From: an uncultured Gammaproteobacteria bacterium
Lineage (GTDB): Bacteria > Patescibacteriota > Microgenomatia > UBA12405
Assembly: GCA_964448705.1 (NCBI GenBank)
Contig: CAYUZS010000001.1
Coordinates: 45,601-109,600, forward strand
Length of the DNA stretch: 64,000 nucleotides
Reading direction: 5' to 3'
The notes under the pieces were generated by a model. It worked only from the letters and a program-made list of their open reading frames with translations, was not told where the DNA came from and ran no database searches. Shown here piece by piece: positions 55,612 through 64,000 of the stretch. The first letter of the stretch is position 1. Every line of letters starts with the position of its first letter. Both the position numbers and the translations under genes were made by a program.

Positions 55612-55693
55612 ATTCGGCTATTTGTCGGTTAAATATTAATGTATTGGAATGGCTACCAACGCACCGATGTAATAGTCAGGTAGGATTATATCA
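55612..55693 (-). promoter_or_regulatory. rpsO promoter and structured leader
   Basis: TGaTATAAT, then nested CTATT/AATAG, TCGGT/ACCGA, GTTGG/CCAAT stems ending just before ATG. Confidence 0.5.
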
Positions 55694-55930
55694 CGGTATC
55701 AATTTAATAGTGTAGTTTTCTTTAACTCTTTTTTCTTCGGGAACCCAACAAAGATTTCTAACCTGAATACCGGTAATTTCTGGTTGACCAGATTTAGTAG
55801 TGACTTCAACAAAACAACCGCCGCATTTATCTTTGAGAAAAGAAGTGCGTTTTTTGTCGGGATGAACATATTGTCTATCAGCTGCATTGCATGGATCAGG
55901 TGCTATCACGTCATAAAATTCTGCTGTCAT
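55691..55930 (-). CDS. Small Cys-containing orphan protein
   Basis: 79-aa ORF filling the gap; C..CGGC..C; TATAAT/TAAAAT upstream. Confidence 0.55.
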   Translation of the reverse strand: MTAEFYDVIAPDPCNAADRQYVHPDKKRTSFLKDKCGGCFVEVTTKSGQPEITGIQVRNLCWVPEEKRVKENYTIKLIP

Positions 55931-55954
55931 AAGTTTATCTATTTTAATTATAAA

Positions 55955-56749
55955 TTAAACAGTTGTATTTGGGTTGGGCTGATTAGTGCCGGCGGATAAG
56001 TTTCCACTTTTTTCAACCGATTCTATGGGCATTTGGTTAAGTGTCGGATCTTCGACTGGCTGAGTAGCTCTGAGACAAATTGCTCCGGCTTCGAAAGTTT
56101 CCGGAGAAACGTTAACAGAGAAAGACTGGGTAGCCACCCGAAGACCGATTAACAGATCTTTGGCGGAATCCATATCCAATTGCAAACCAAGCATCGGCAA
56201 AAAGAAGGTAAAAATTTCAGAAAAAGGAGCATCGGGATCAATTAAAGAGGCTTTAGCCCAAGCTTTGGAAACGTTAGTTGGGGAAATAAATACCCAATTA
56301 CCTTTAGCAGTTAAAGAAGCATTGGCACCTAAAGCTGTTTCTTCACCAAGCATGAAACAAAGATCGGCAGCAGCGGTATCGTTGTTGACGATGATCTTGT
56401 CATTACCAATTTTAGGAAAATCAGGTTTAGTGGTGACAACTAAGTTTAGACGTCCACCATCGTCGTTATAGGAAACATTTTCAATCTGATCAACTGGATA
56501 ATCAAAAGAGATTACCAAATCATTTTTAATAAGATTATCGGTTAACAATTCCAAACCACTAAGCTTGGAATAATTTTGATCCGGTTTTTGGGGACAAAAA
56601 ACTTTAACGTCTTTACCGGATTTTTTAAGTGAAAGCGCCAAAGCCAAACCGGCACCAACGCTGTCAACATTCATCTGAGGAATAACAACCAAAGCAGTTT
56701 TGGCGTTGTCAACTAAAACTTTGATATCAGAAACGTTGTAATTTTTCAT
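55955..56749 (-). CDS. Degenerate DHH/NrnA-like protein
   Basis: ALVVIP...VDSVGAGLALAL.LK..GKDV, A.DLLIGL..AT.SF...VSPETFE; next to infB; no DHH motif. Confidence 0.6.
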   Translation of the reverse strand: MKNYNVSDIKVLVDNAKTALVVIPQMNVDSVGAGLALALSLKKSGKDVKVFCPQKPDQNYSKLSGLELLTDNLIKNDLVISFDYPVDQIENVSYNDDGGRLNLVVTTKPDFPKIGNDKIIVNNDTAAADLCFMLGEETALGANASLTAKGNWVFISPTNVSKAWAKASLIDPDAPFSEIFTFFLPMLGLQLDMDSAKDLLIGLRVATQSFSVNVSPETFEAGAICLRATQPVEDPTLNQMPIESVEKSGNLSAGTNQPNPNTTV

Positions 56750-56764
56750 AATTTATGTTGTTTT

Positions 56765-58204
56765 CTATTTCTTATAGGCTATTATATCATCGTTTATTTT
56801 AAAGTCAACATAGGGCTTAAAGGTCATACCACAGTCGTTTCCGGACTTGATTTTTTCGATAATGTTTTTACCCTGACGGATACCTTCAACTTTAGTGTCC
56901 TTGATAATGTCTGTATCACGCTTAAGGTGAATAGCATCATTCTTGCTGATTTCACCCTTGGTTATCTTAATACCGGCAATGCGGACCTTATCGATCTTAA
57001 ATTCAGCAATAATTTTTCCTTCACCTATAATTGTTTCTTCAATGGTAGGATCGAGCATTTTTAATACCTGAGCCTGGATATTGTCGATAATTTCGTAAAT
57101 AATTTTAGACTGATGGATAACAACTTTTTCGTTGTCAGCTAAATTTTTGATGAATTTGGGAATAGAAACATTAAAGGCAAAAATTTGGCTCTTGGCAGCC
57201 GAAGCGACAAAAACATCATGGTCGGTAACAGGGCCAACTCCGGCATAAATAACTTCTACGTCATCAGAAAAACTATTCTTTAGAGCTTCAAGAGTGCCCT
57301 CAACATCGGCTTTTATGACTACCGGTAAACGGGAAATATTCTGATCTGAAGAAGTTTCATGATCTTTTTTAGCTTCTTCTACCAGTAATTCCTGTTTGAC
57401 CGAAGTAATTAAACAACCGGTTGAAGGAGTTTTTTCAAATCCAAGTATTTCTACCGGAGTTGAAGGCGGAGCAACGGTGAGTGAATGACCATTGGAATCC
57501 AAGAGAGCTTTAACTTTTCCCGATATCTCTTGAGCATAGATATAATCACCCAAACGGAGAGTGCCTCTTTTAATAATGACTGAAGCGACCGGCCCACAGT
57601 TTTTATCAAGCCGGGATTCGACCACAAAAGCTTCTAAAGGAGCATCGGCTTCGTTTTTCAACTCCATAACATCAGCATGTAAAAGAATTAAATCCAACAG
57701 TTCCTCGATCCCCTGTCCGGTTTTAGCGGAAACAGGAACGATAGGCACCTGGCCGCCATATTCTTCTGGAACCAAATCCTGTTCAACAAGCTGGCCTTTG
57801 ATTTTTTCCGGATTAGCATCAGCTAAATCCATTTTGTTTAAGGCAATAATTACCGGTAGATTGGCTTTTTTAATCTGAACAATGCTTTCCTTGGTCTGAG
57901 CCATAACGCCATCGGTAGCCGAGATCACTAGAACTACTAGGTCAGTGATATGAGCACCTCTGATGCGCATGTTATTGAAGGCGGCATGACCGGGAGTATC
58001 AATAAAAGTAATAAGGCTCTTTTTGCCGTTTTTTAGGGTAACTTCAGTTTGATATGAAGAAATATGCTGGGTAATTCCGCCGGCCTCTTTTTTGGCAATG
58101 TTAGCAGAGCGAATACGATCTAAAAGTGTTGTTTTACCATGATCAATATGACCCATGACAGCAACGATAGGCGGGCGAAAATTAGTGTCATTATTTACGG
58201 TCAT
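56765..58204 (-). CDS. infB: Translation initiation factor IF-2 (short)
   Basis: RPPIVAVMGHIDHGKTTLLD, EAGGITQHI, DTPGH, NKMD, SAKTG, KADVEGTLEA. Confidence 0.96.
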   Translation of the reverse strand: MTVNNDTNFRPPIVAVMGHIDHGKTTLLDRIRSANIAKKEAGGITQHISSYQTEVTLKNGKKSLITFIDTPGHAAFNNMRIRGAHITDLVVLVISATDGVMAQTKESIVQIKKANLPVIIALNKMDLADANPEKIKGQLVEQDLVPEEYGGQVPIVPVSAKTGQGIEELLDLILLHADVMELKNEADAPLEAFVVESRLDKNCGPVASVIIKRGTLRLGDYIYAQEISGKVKALLDSNGHSLTVAPPSTPVEILGFEKTPSTGCLITSVKQELLVEEAKKDHETSSDQNISRLPVVIKADVEGTLEALKNSFSDDVEVIYAGVGPVTDHDVFVASAAKSQIFAFNVSIPKFIKNLADNEKVVIHQSKIIYEIIDNIQAQVLKMLDPTIEETIIGEGKIIAEFKIDKVRIAGIKITKGEISKNDAIHLKRDTDIIKDTKVEGIRQGKNIIEKIKSGNDCGMTFKPYVDFKINDDIIAYKK

Positions 58205-58225
58205 ATTTAGTTTTAAACTACTATT

Positions 58226-59221
58226 TTATTTTCTGGCAGTGGTCGAACCGCTGACCTTTATTTCCAGGCCAGTCAAAATACCTGCCAAGCGAACGTTTTC
58301 CCCACCAGCACCGATGGCTAGAGCCAAATCGGTTTCAGGAACCTCAACGGTAGCTAAACCGTTGGCAACAGAACTGACCGTAACATTTTGTGCCGGAGAC
58401 AAAGCATTAGCAATAAATTGATTGATATTTTTGGAAAAAGCGATAACGTCCACTTTTTCGTCCGAAGGTAACTCATTTAAAACTGCCTGAATACGGGAAC
58501 CTTTTTGGCCGATACAGGAACCGACAGGATCGACTCCGGGTTGGGTGCTGCTGACGGCAATTTTGGTTCTTTCACCGGATGATCGGGCAATTCTTTCGAT
58601 AGTAACAATCCGATTTCCAACTTCGGGAACTTCCCGAATAAAAAGTTGTTTAATAAATTCAGGATCGCGGCGGGAAAGAATAATGTCTTTACGACCGGTA
58701 TCATCTTCAATTATTGATTTTAAAAGAAAGAGTTTTTTTGAACCCAAGATAAGCTCCTCATTTCGAATTTGTTCATCTTTAGGGCAAATAGCTTCTGTTT
58801 TGCCGATACCGACTGTCATTTTGTAAGGATCAATGCGTAAAACAACTCCCGGAATCAAAACACCGATTTTATTGGAATATTCAGCCACAACAGTATCTCT
58901 TTCCGCTTCACGAATTTTTTGATCGATAACCTGTTTGGCGGTTTGGGCGGCAATACGGCCAAAACCCGGAGGAGTGACATCCGTACGTTGATCACCGACA
59001 ACTTTAAAAATTGAAAATGATCCTGAAGCAGGCACAATTTCAACTTCAAAAATATCCTCGTCGGGGACAATAATACCGTGTTCTTTTTGATCCCTTTTAT
59101 AGGCAGAAACTAAACCAAGTTCGATGGAATCCAGAATATCCTGAACGTCAATATTACGCTCGCCGGCGATTTGAGCGACAGCGGCAGCAAATTCGGTTTT
59201 AGGCAGTCTTTTAATATCCAT
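58226..59221 (-). CDS. nusA: Transcription termination/antitermination factor NusA
   Basis: FGRIAAQTAKQVI.QKIREAER, EVPE, RTKIAV, DPVGSCIGQKGSRI, AIG.GGENVRLA. Start moved to MDIKRLP. Confidence 0.96.
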   Translation of the reverse strand: MDIKRLPKTEFAAAVAQIAGERNIDVQDILDSIELGLVSAYKRDQKEHGIIVPDEDIFEVEIVPASGSFSIFKVVGDQRTDVTPPGFGRIAAQTAKQVIDQKIREAERDTVVAEYSNKIGVLIPGVVLRIDPYKMTVGIGKTEAICPKDEQIRNEELILGSKKLFLLKSIIEDDTGRKDIILSRRDPEFIKQLFIREVPEVGNRIVTIERIARSSGERTKIAVSSTQPGVDPVGSCIGQKGSRIQAVLNELPSDEKVDVIAFSKNINQFIANALSPAQNVTVSSVANGLATVEVPETDLALAIGAGGENVRLAGILTGLEIKVSGSTTARK

Positions 59222-59230
59222 TTTGTTTCC

Positions 59231-59311
59231 TTTTAGTAAGGGAACTACTAAAAAAGGGGACACAAACGTCCCCCATTCCACTTACTACATTTAACTGTGG
59301 GTATTATAGCA
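59231..59311 (-). promoter_or_regulatory. nusA promoter and leader attenuator
   Basis: TGcTATAAT; GGGGAC-GTTTGT-GTCCCC-TTTTTT; then TTTAGTA-GTTCCCT-TACTAAA stem abutting AAGGA SD. Confidence 0.65.
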
Positions 59312-59313
59312 GA

Positions 59314-59808
59314 TTATTCAGTAAAGAATTCAATCACGGCCAAGGCAGCAGACAGCGGCAGACCGGCAATTTTATTTTTGAATTTCGGATCGATACTTTT
59401 TCGAAAACGACGGTTGATCTTGTCACAAAATTCTTCGGGGGTGATAACTTCGACAGCAACCGCTACCAAGTCGGCGGCCAATTGACGGGCGCCCCGGGTT
59501 TTATCCCCGGCGATACTGCGGGGGTAGTCAGCACATTCTTTCCGAATCATTGTTTTAAACTCTGATAATCGATCACCTAAAACAGCTTTCATGGCAATAC
59601 CCCGGCCAGACTGATAGTTGCGAAATTTAGATATTTCCAAAGAAGCAAGTTGAGATTCATCAAGTTCAAGATTAAAACCATTTTCTATTATTTTTTGTCT
59701 TATATCTGGGATATTCAGCATGTCCGGAGAAAAAGGAGGCATGATATTACGGTTGAAAATATCCTTGAGCGGGGATGAGGGCAAAGGAGAAAGTTTTTCG
59801 GTTGACAT
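59314..59808 (-). CDS. Hypothetical protein (orphan)
   Basis: 164-aa ORF starting 6 nt after dnaJ stop. Confidence 0.65.
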   Translation of the reverse strand: MSTEKLSPLPSSPLKDIFNRNIMPPFSPDMLNIPDIRQKIIENGFNLELDESQLASLEISKFRNYQSGRGIAMKAVLGDRLSEFKTMIRKECADYPRSIAGDKTRGARQLAADLVAVAVEVITPEEFCDKINRRFRKSIDPKFKNKIAGLPLSAALAVIEFFTE

Positions 59809-59814
59809 AACTAA

Positions 59815-60678
59815 TTATAAACCAAGCTCGCGGAGAAGATCTTTTTGTTTAGCAGAAAGACGGGTGGGGACAACAACAGAAACACGAATGTAGAGATCAC
59901 CTACTCCAAAACCGTTGACGTCACGAATTCCCTGGCCGCGTAGGCGAACGAGAGTGTTTGGCTGGGTACCGGCTTTGATACGAATTTTAAGCTGGCCGTC
60001 CAGAGTAGGAACTTCTATTTCTGTACCCAAGGCAGCCTGAGAAAAAGAAATTTCCGACTGAACATAGACATCGTTGCCATCACGCTTAAATACTTTATCG
60101 GGAAGAACATCGATATAGAGGACAAATTCGCTAAAACGTATTTGCTGACCATCGTCGACACCAGCAGGGATTTTAATGGTTTTTCTTTTTCCTTCGATGT
60201 TTAGAGATTTTTCGCAACCTTTGGCGGCTTCGAGAAAAGTTAGTTGGATTTTAAAAGTCGACAAACGACGGGAGCGATTTTGCTGACTGCTGAATCCCCC
60301 GCCAAAAAATTGTTCAAAAATGTCGAAAGGATTGGAGAAACCACCAAAATCAAAATCGGTGCCGCCGAAGGGATTTTGACCGCCGCCGCTTTGCCAGGTG
60401 TACGTGAAAGGCCCATTTTGCTGAGTATGGGTTTGGCCGCCAAAACCGCCTGAAGACGGGTCAAAAGCAGCGTGCCCGAACTGGTCGTAGGCACTTTTTT
60501 TCTGATCATTACTGAGAACTTCATAAGCCTCGTTGATTTCTTTAAATTTTTCCTCGGCATCGGGTTCTTTGTTGCGGTCGGGATGATATTTCAAGGCCAT
60601 TTTACGATAGGCGCTTTTAATCTCGTCTTTCGATGAAGATTTAGGGACGCCAAGAATATCGTAAAAATCACGTTTCAT
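59815..60678 (-). CDS. dnaJ: DnaJ-family chaperone lacking Zn-finger (class II)
   Basis: [19 protein letters not shown]-rich region, [14 protein letters not shown]; no CxxCxGxG repeats. Confidence 0.9.
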   Translation of the reverse strand: MKRDFYDILGVPKSSSKDEIKSAYRKMALKYHPDRNKEPDAEEKFKEINEAYEVLSNDQKKSAYDQFGHAAFDPSSGGFGGQTHTQQNGPFTYTWQSGGGQNPFGGTDFDFGGFSNPFDIFEQFFGGGFSSQQNRSRRLSTFKIQLTFLEAAKGCEKSLNIEGKRKTIKIPAGVDDGQQIRFSEFVLYIDVLPDKVFKRDGNDVYVQSEISFSQAALGTEIEVPTLDGQLKIRIKAGTQPNTLVRLRGQGIRDVNGFGVGDLYIRVSVVVPTRLSAKQKDLLRELGL

Positions 60679-61085
60679 AAGCTAAGAGAAGGAAACTGTT
60701 TACCCGGAGTTAAAACTGACAGAACAGAATTAGCTCTCTTAATTGATTGATTAAGAATATCTTTATACTCTTGGTGATTGCCTCTTGGACAAGCGAAACA
60801 AAAATGGCTTTCTCCTGAGGTGTCTGTAAACGTAACAGTACAATTATTAAATTTGGTTAACTGTCCACTTTTGAACATAGTATCTAAAATATAGGTGCCT
60901 AATATATCAGCAAATGCTTTAACCTCTTCCTCAGTTGATTTTGGAAACGAAAATACTTCCGGAATACAAGATAAACCTTTTTCAAGTTTTTTATCCAGAA
61001 AATTGATACTATCTTTGTCTAAATCCTGGAGAATGCAAAACTGGTTATCCAAATGGATATCTTTCTTATTTTCAACTTCAGACAT
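60675..61085 (-). CDS. Hypothetical protein (orphan)
   Basis: 136-aa ORF with ATGA overlap onto dnaJ; CFAC motif. Confidence 0.6.
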   Translation of the reverse strand: MSEVENKKDIHLDNQFCILQDLDKDSINFLDKKLEKGLSCIPEVFSFPKSTEEEVKAFADILGTYILDTMFKSGQLTKFNNCTVTFTDTSGESHFCFACPRGNHQEYKDILNQSIKRANSVLSVLTPGKQFPSLSL

Positions 61086-61100
61086 TTTTTAACTTAAAGA

Positions 61101-61361
61101 TTATTTTTCCAATTCTTTGATTTTTTTAAGTCTTTTGGTGTTGCCGATAAGAGTATAAATAGCGTAACCGATGGCATAAACAAAAATAGCAATGTTTATG
61201 TAGAAAAGATAGATTTCCGGGACGGCGCCAAAACTGGCCACCAAGCTGATTAATGATGAAGCCACCAAGGACATAATGCCGATAGCAACGGTTTCGGTAG
61301 CATAAATAAGTTTATCCTGTCGAAGACGGGAAATTTCCAATTCAGTGTTTTTGATTTTCAT
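61101..61361 (-). CDS. Small two-TM membrane protein
   Basis: Two hydrophobic segments; ELEISRLRQDKLIYA.. Confidence 0.7.
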   Translation of the reverse strand: MKIKNTELEISRLRQDKLIYATETVAIGIMSLVASSLISLVASFGAVPEIYLFYINIAIFVYAIGYAIYTLIGNTKRLKKIKELEK

Positions 61362-61385
61362 TTTGTTTAAATTTTTAATCTAATA

Positions 61386-61414
61386 AAGGGCATCCCGATT
61401 CCCGGGATGCCCTT
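61386..61414 (-). terminator. Intrinsic terminator after dnaK
   Basis: Perfect 12-bp stem AAGGGCATCCCG-5 nt-CGGGATGCCCTT followed by TATT on the minus strand. Confidence 0.75.
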
Positions 61415-61426
61415 ACTTTACCATGT

Positions 61427-63331
61427 TTATTTAACAATTTCTCCTTCTTCAGCCTCTTTGGCATCAGATTTTGGTTCAGAAGACGAATCCGGTTGTTGAG
61501 GATTACCCTGAGCACCGTCGGCCTGGTTTGGTTGACCATATACTGCCTGGCCAATAACCTGAAGAATCTGGCTTAGTTCTTCATTTGCCTTATCGTATTC
61601 ATCTTTTTTAGCATCGGTTTTAAGGAGAAGCTCTTTACCGGATTTAATCATATCCTCTATTTTGGTTTTATCTTCCGGTTTAACTTTGTCAGTAAAATCT
61701 TTCAAAGTTTTCTCGGCGCTAAAAACAGTGGCATCAAAACGATTTCGGGATTCGGCCAGGGCATGCTTGTCCTCGTCTTCACGGGCATGCATCTCGGCAT
61801 CTTTTTTCATCTGCTCGATCTCGTCTTCTTTGAGATTGGTAGCATTCTGAATAGTTATCTTTTGTTCTTTATTAGTCCCTTTGTCTTTAGCAGAGACGGA
61901 AAGAATACCGTTACTGTCGATATCAAAAGTAACTTCTATCTGAGGAATACCCCGGGGAGAAGGAGCGATACCGTCGAGAATAAAACGACCGAGCGATTTA
62001 TTGTCGGATGCCATAGGACGTTCACCCTGAAGAACATTAATCTCTACCTGCGGCTGGTTGTCGGCGTAAGTAGTAAATATTTGTGATTTTTTGGTAGGTA
62101 CGGTAGTATTTCTATCTATCAAAGGAGTACGAACTCCACCGGCAGTTTCGATACCAAGAGTTAAAGGTGTAACGTCCAGGAGAACAACATCTTTAACTTC
62201 TCCGGTAAGAACAGCTCCCTGAACAGCGGCACCGACAGCGACGACTTCGTCGGGATTAACGGTGGTATCCAAATCTTTACCAAAAAAGTTTTTGACTACT
62301 TCAACCACTTTAGGCATTCTGGTCATACCGCCGACCATAACAATATCAGTGATATCGTTTTTGGAAACACCGGCATCTTTCAAACATTTTTCGACCGGAG
62401 TAATTGTTTTTTGGATTAATTCATCAACCAAATTTTCCAACTGTGCCCGGGTTAACTTGGTAGTTAAATGAAGCGGTTGACCATCTTTTTGAGTGATAAA
62501 CGGAAGATTAATTTCCGTTTCGATGGTAGTGGAGAGCTCGATCTTGGCTTTTTCGGCAGCCTCACGAAGACGTTGAAGAGCCTGAGGATCTTTGGTTAAA
62601 TCGACACCGTTTTCTTTTTGGAAATTTTCCAAAAGCCAGTGGAGAATTTTTTGATCAAAGTCATCTCCGCCAAGGAAGGTGTCACCATTTGTGGCTTTAA
62701 CTTCAAAGACACCATCACCGATTTCCAGAACAGAAATATCAAATGTGCCTCCTCCCAAATCATAAACAGCCACAATCCCCTTTTTCTTTTTATCCAAACC
62801 ATAGGCTAAAGCTGAAGCTGTCGGTTCATTAACAATTCTTTTAACATCCAAACCAGCAATTTCTCCGGCCTGTTTAGTGGCCTGACGCTGGGAATCATCA
62901 AAATAAGCCGGAACAGTGATGACAGCCTCGGTAACTTTTTCGCCCAAATATTTCTCGGCATCAGCTTTGGCTTTTTGCAAAATCATAGCGGAGATTTCCT
63001 GTGGAGTATAAACCTTGCCTTCCACTTCAACACAAGCCATTTTGTCTTTTCCGGCGACAATTTTATAAGGAGCAATCTGAATCGTCTTGACCACTTCAGG
63101 ATCATCAATCCGACGGCCCATTAGACGCTTAACGCTGAAAATAGTATTTTTAGAATTAAGGACCATTTGGCGTTTAGCCAAATCACCAACTAATTTTTTA
63201 ACCGGCTCAACGATTGAAGGGATAGTATTGCGGCCTTCAGAAGTAAAGATAACTTTTGGGGTACCCCCCTCCATAACGGCAACGCAGGAGTTGGTTGTAC
63301 CTAAATCGATTCCAATGATTTTGTTTGACAT
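61427..63331 (-). CDS. dnaK: Chaperone DnaK
   Basis: [41 protein letters not shown]. Confidence 0.98.
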   Translation of the reverse strand: MSNKIIGIDLGTTNSCVAVMEGGTPKVIFTSEGRNTIPSIVEPVKKLVGDLAKRQMVLNSKNTIFSVKRLMGRRIDDPEVVKTIQIAPYKIVAGKDKMACVEVEGKVYTPQEISAMILQKAKADAEKYLGEKVTEAVITVPAYFDDSQRQATKQAGEIAGLDVKRIVNEPTASALAYGLDKKKKGIVAVYDLGGGTFDISVLEIGDGVFEVKATNGDTFLGGDDFDQKILHWLLENFQKENGVDLTKDPQALQRLREAAEKAKIELSTTIETEINLPFITQKDGQPLHLTTKLTRAQLENLVDELIQKTITPVEKCLKDAGVSKNDITDIVMVGGMTRMPKVVEVVKNFFGKDLDTTVNPDEVVAVGAAVQGAVLTGEVKDVVLLDVTPLTLGIETAGGVRTPLIDRNTTVPTKKSQIFTTYADNQPQVEINVLQGERPMASDNKSLGRFILDGIAPSPRGIPQIEVTFDIDSNGILSVSAKDKGTNKEQKITIQNATNLKEDEIEQMKKDAEMHAREDEDKHALAESRNRFDATVFSAEKTLKDFTDKVKPEDKTKIEDMIKSGKELLLKTDAKKDEYDKANEELSQILQVIGQAVYGQPNQADGAQGNPQQPDSSSEPKSDAKEAEEGEIVK

Positions 63332-63358
63332 ATTTTTTATAATTTTTAACCTTATAAT

Positions 63359-63796
63359 TTATAATTTTTTGCCCACAACAACCTGGGCTGGACGAATAAC
63401 CTGAGAATTGAGGGTATAACCTCTTTTTCTGACAGAAATAACTTTGTTTTCATCACCGTCAACAACATCGACACATTCCATAGTGTTGGGATCAAAATCG
63501 AGATTTTCGACTTTTATTTCCTCGAGACCTTCTGACTTTAAAACATTAATAAATTTGTCGATGGTAATTTTTAAACCCTGATCCTGAAGATTGTCCTGAG
63601 CCAATTGAAGATCATCCAGAACATCGATCATTTTAGAAATGATAGAGACAGTGGCTAAGGTAACAAACATCTGCCGCTGGCTATCAATTCTTTTTTCTAA
63701 ATTGGCATAATCGGCTAAGGACCGATCAAGTTTTTCCTGTAGCTGAGCCAGTTGCGGCTGCAGGTTAACAGAAGGAGTACTCTTTTTTTTCTTCAT
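63359..63796 (-). CDS. grpE: Nucleotide exchange factor GrpE
   Basis: RSLADYANL.KR, FDP..ME, GY.L...VIRPAQV.V. Confidence 0.94.
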   Translation of the reverse strand: MKKKKSTPSVNLQPQLAQLQEKLDRSLADYANLEKRIDSQRQMFVTLATVSIISKMIDVLDDLQLAQDNLQDQGLKITIDKFINVLKSEGLEEIKVENLDFDPNTMECVDVVDGDENKVISVRKRGYTLNSQVIRPAQVVVGKKL

Positions 63797-63803
63797 AATA
63801 AGA

Positions 63804-64000
63804 TTAGCGAGTAATGGATGTTAACAAACCGGCAAAGTAATCAACCACCGGAATTAAAGTTTGATATTGACAGCGGGCTGGGCCGACAATACCTAAAATT
63901 CCACGGTGAGGACCGGCTTCGTATGTTTGATAAATAAAACCGCAGGGCTCGAGATGCTCTAAACCAAGATCTTCGCCGATTAAAAGATGAATTACTTCCT
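63804..64000 (-). CDS. hrcA: Heat-inducible repressor HrcA (3' end; runs off window)
   Basis: Manual translation ...VIHLLIGEDLG...GILGIVGPARCQYQTLIPVVDYF...*; upstream of grpE. Confidence 0.85.
   Translation of the reverse strand, partial: EVIHLLIGEDLGLEHLEPCGFIYQTYEAGPHRGILGIVGPARCQYQTLIPVVDYFAGLLTSITR

Noticed and set aside
454-63404. Many short plus-strand and alternate-frame ORFs overlapping housekeeping genes
   Set aside because: They are shadows of well-identified minus-strand genes, with no motifs or start signals.
63332-64000. CIRCE operator for HrcA
   Set aside because: No TTAGCACTC-N9-GAGTGCTAA seen; the operon promoter lies beyond the window.

Overview
Core-genome window from a Patescibacteria (CPR) bacterium, most likely Microgenomates/OP11. 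That placement is inferred from the absence of rpmD/L30 in the spc operon, a short IF2, a C-terminally truncated AlaRS, an archaeal-type ProRS, an ATPase-only Lon homologue and CPR-type surface proteins. The standard code applies (TGA is used as stop). Almost everything is on the minus strand: hrcA-grpE-dnaK-dnaJ, nusA-infB, rpsO-pnp, rnj, proS, ftsK, alaS, a baseplate-J-like/sortase/yqgF/mltG operon, rpoBC-rpsL-rpsG, a dTDP-rhamnose cluster that splits the str operon, fusA-tuf, and the S10-spc-alpha-rplM-rpsI superoperon ending at uppP. I saw no rRNA, tRNA, CRISPR array, transposase, integrase or reverse transcriptase. The most notable signals are in the details. (1) EF-Tu has its switch I replaced by a 'KGGTVRD' loop. 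(2) RpoB, S12 and EF-G carry substitutions at rifampicin, streptomycin and fusidic-acid target positions, and L16, L22 and the RpoC trigger loop are altered. (3) Most stand-alone genes look leaderless (-10 box 5-9 nt before ATG), while Shine-Dalgarno motifs occur almost only before rpoA, rpoC, nusA and tuf. (4) fusA, rpoB, nusA and rpsO have structured or attenuator-like leaders, and rpoB and nusA share an 11-nt motif. (5) There is a pacifastin-like surface protein, a family of PsbP-like paralogues, and small Cys-rich orphans head-to-head with aaRS genes. All assignments come from reading motifs by eye and comparing with reference sequences from memory; no database searches were run.
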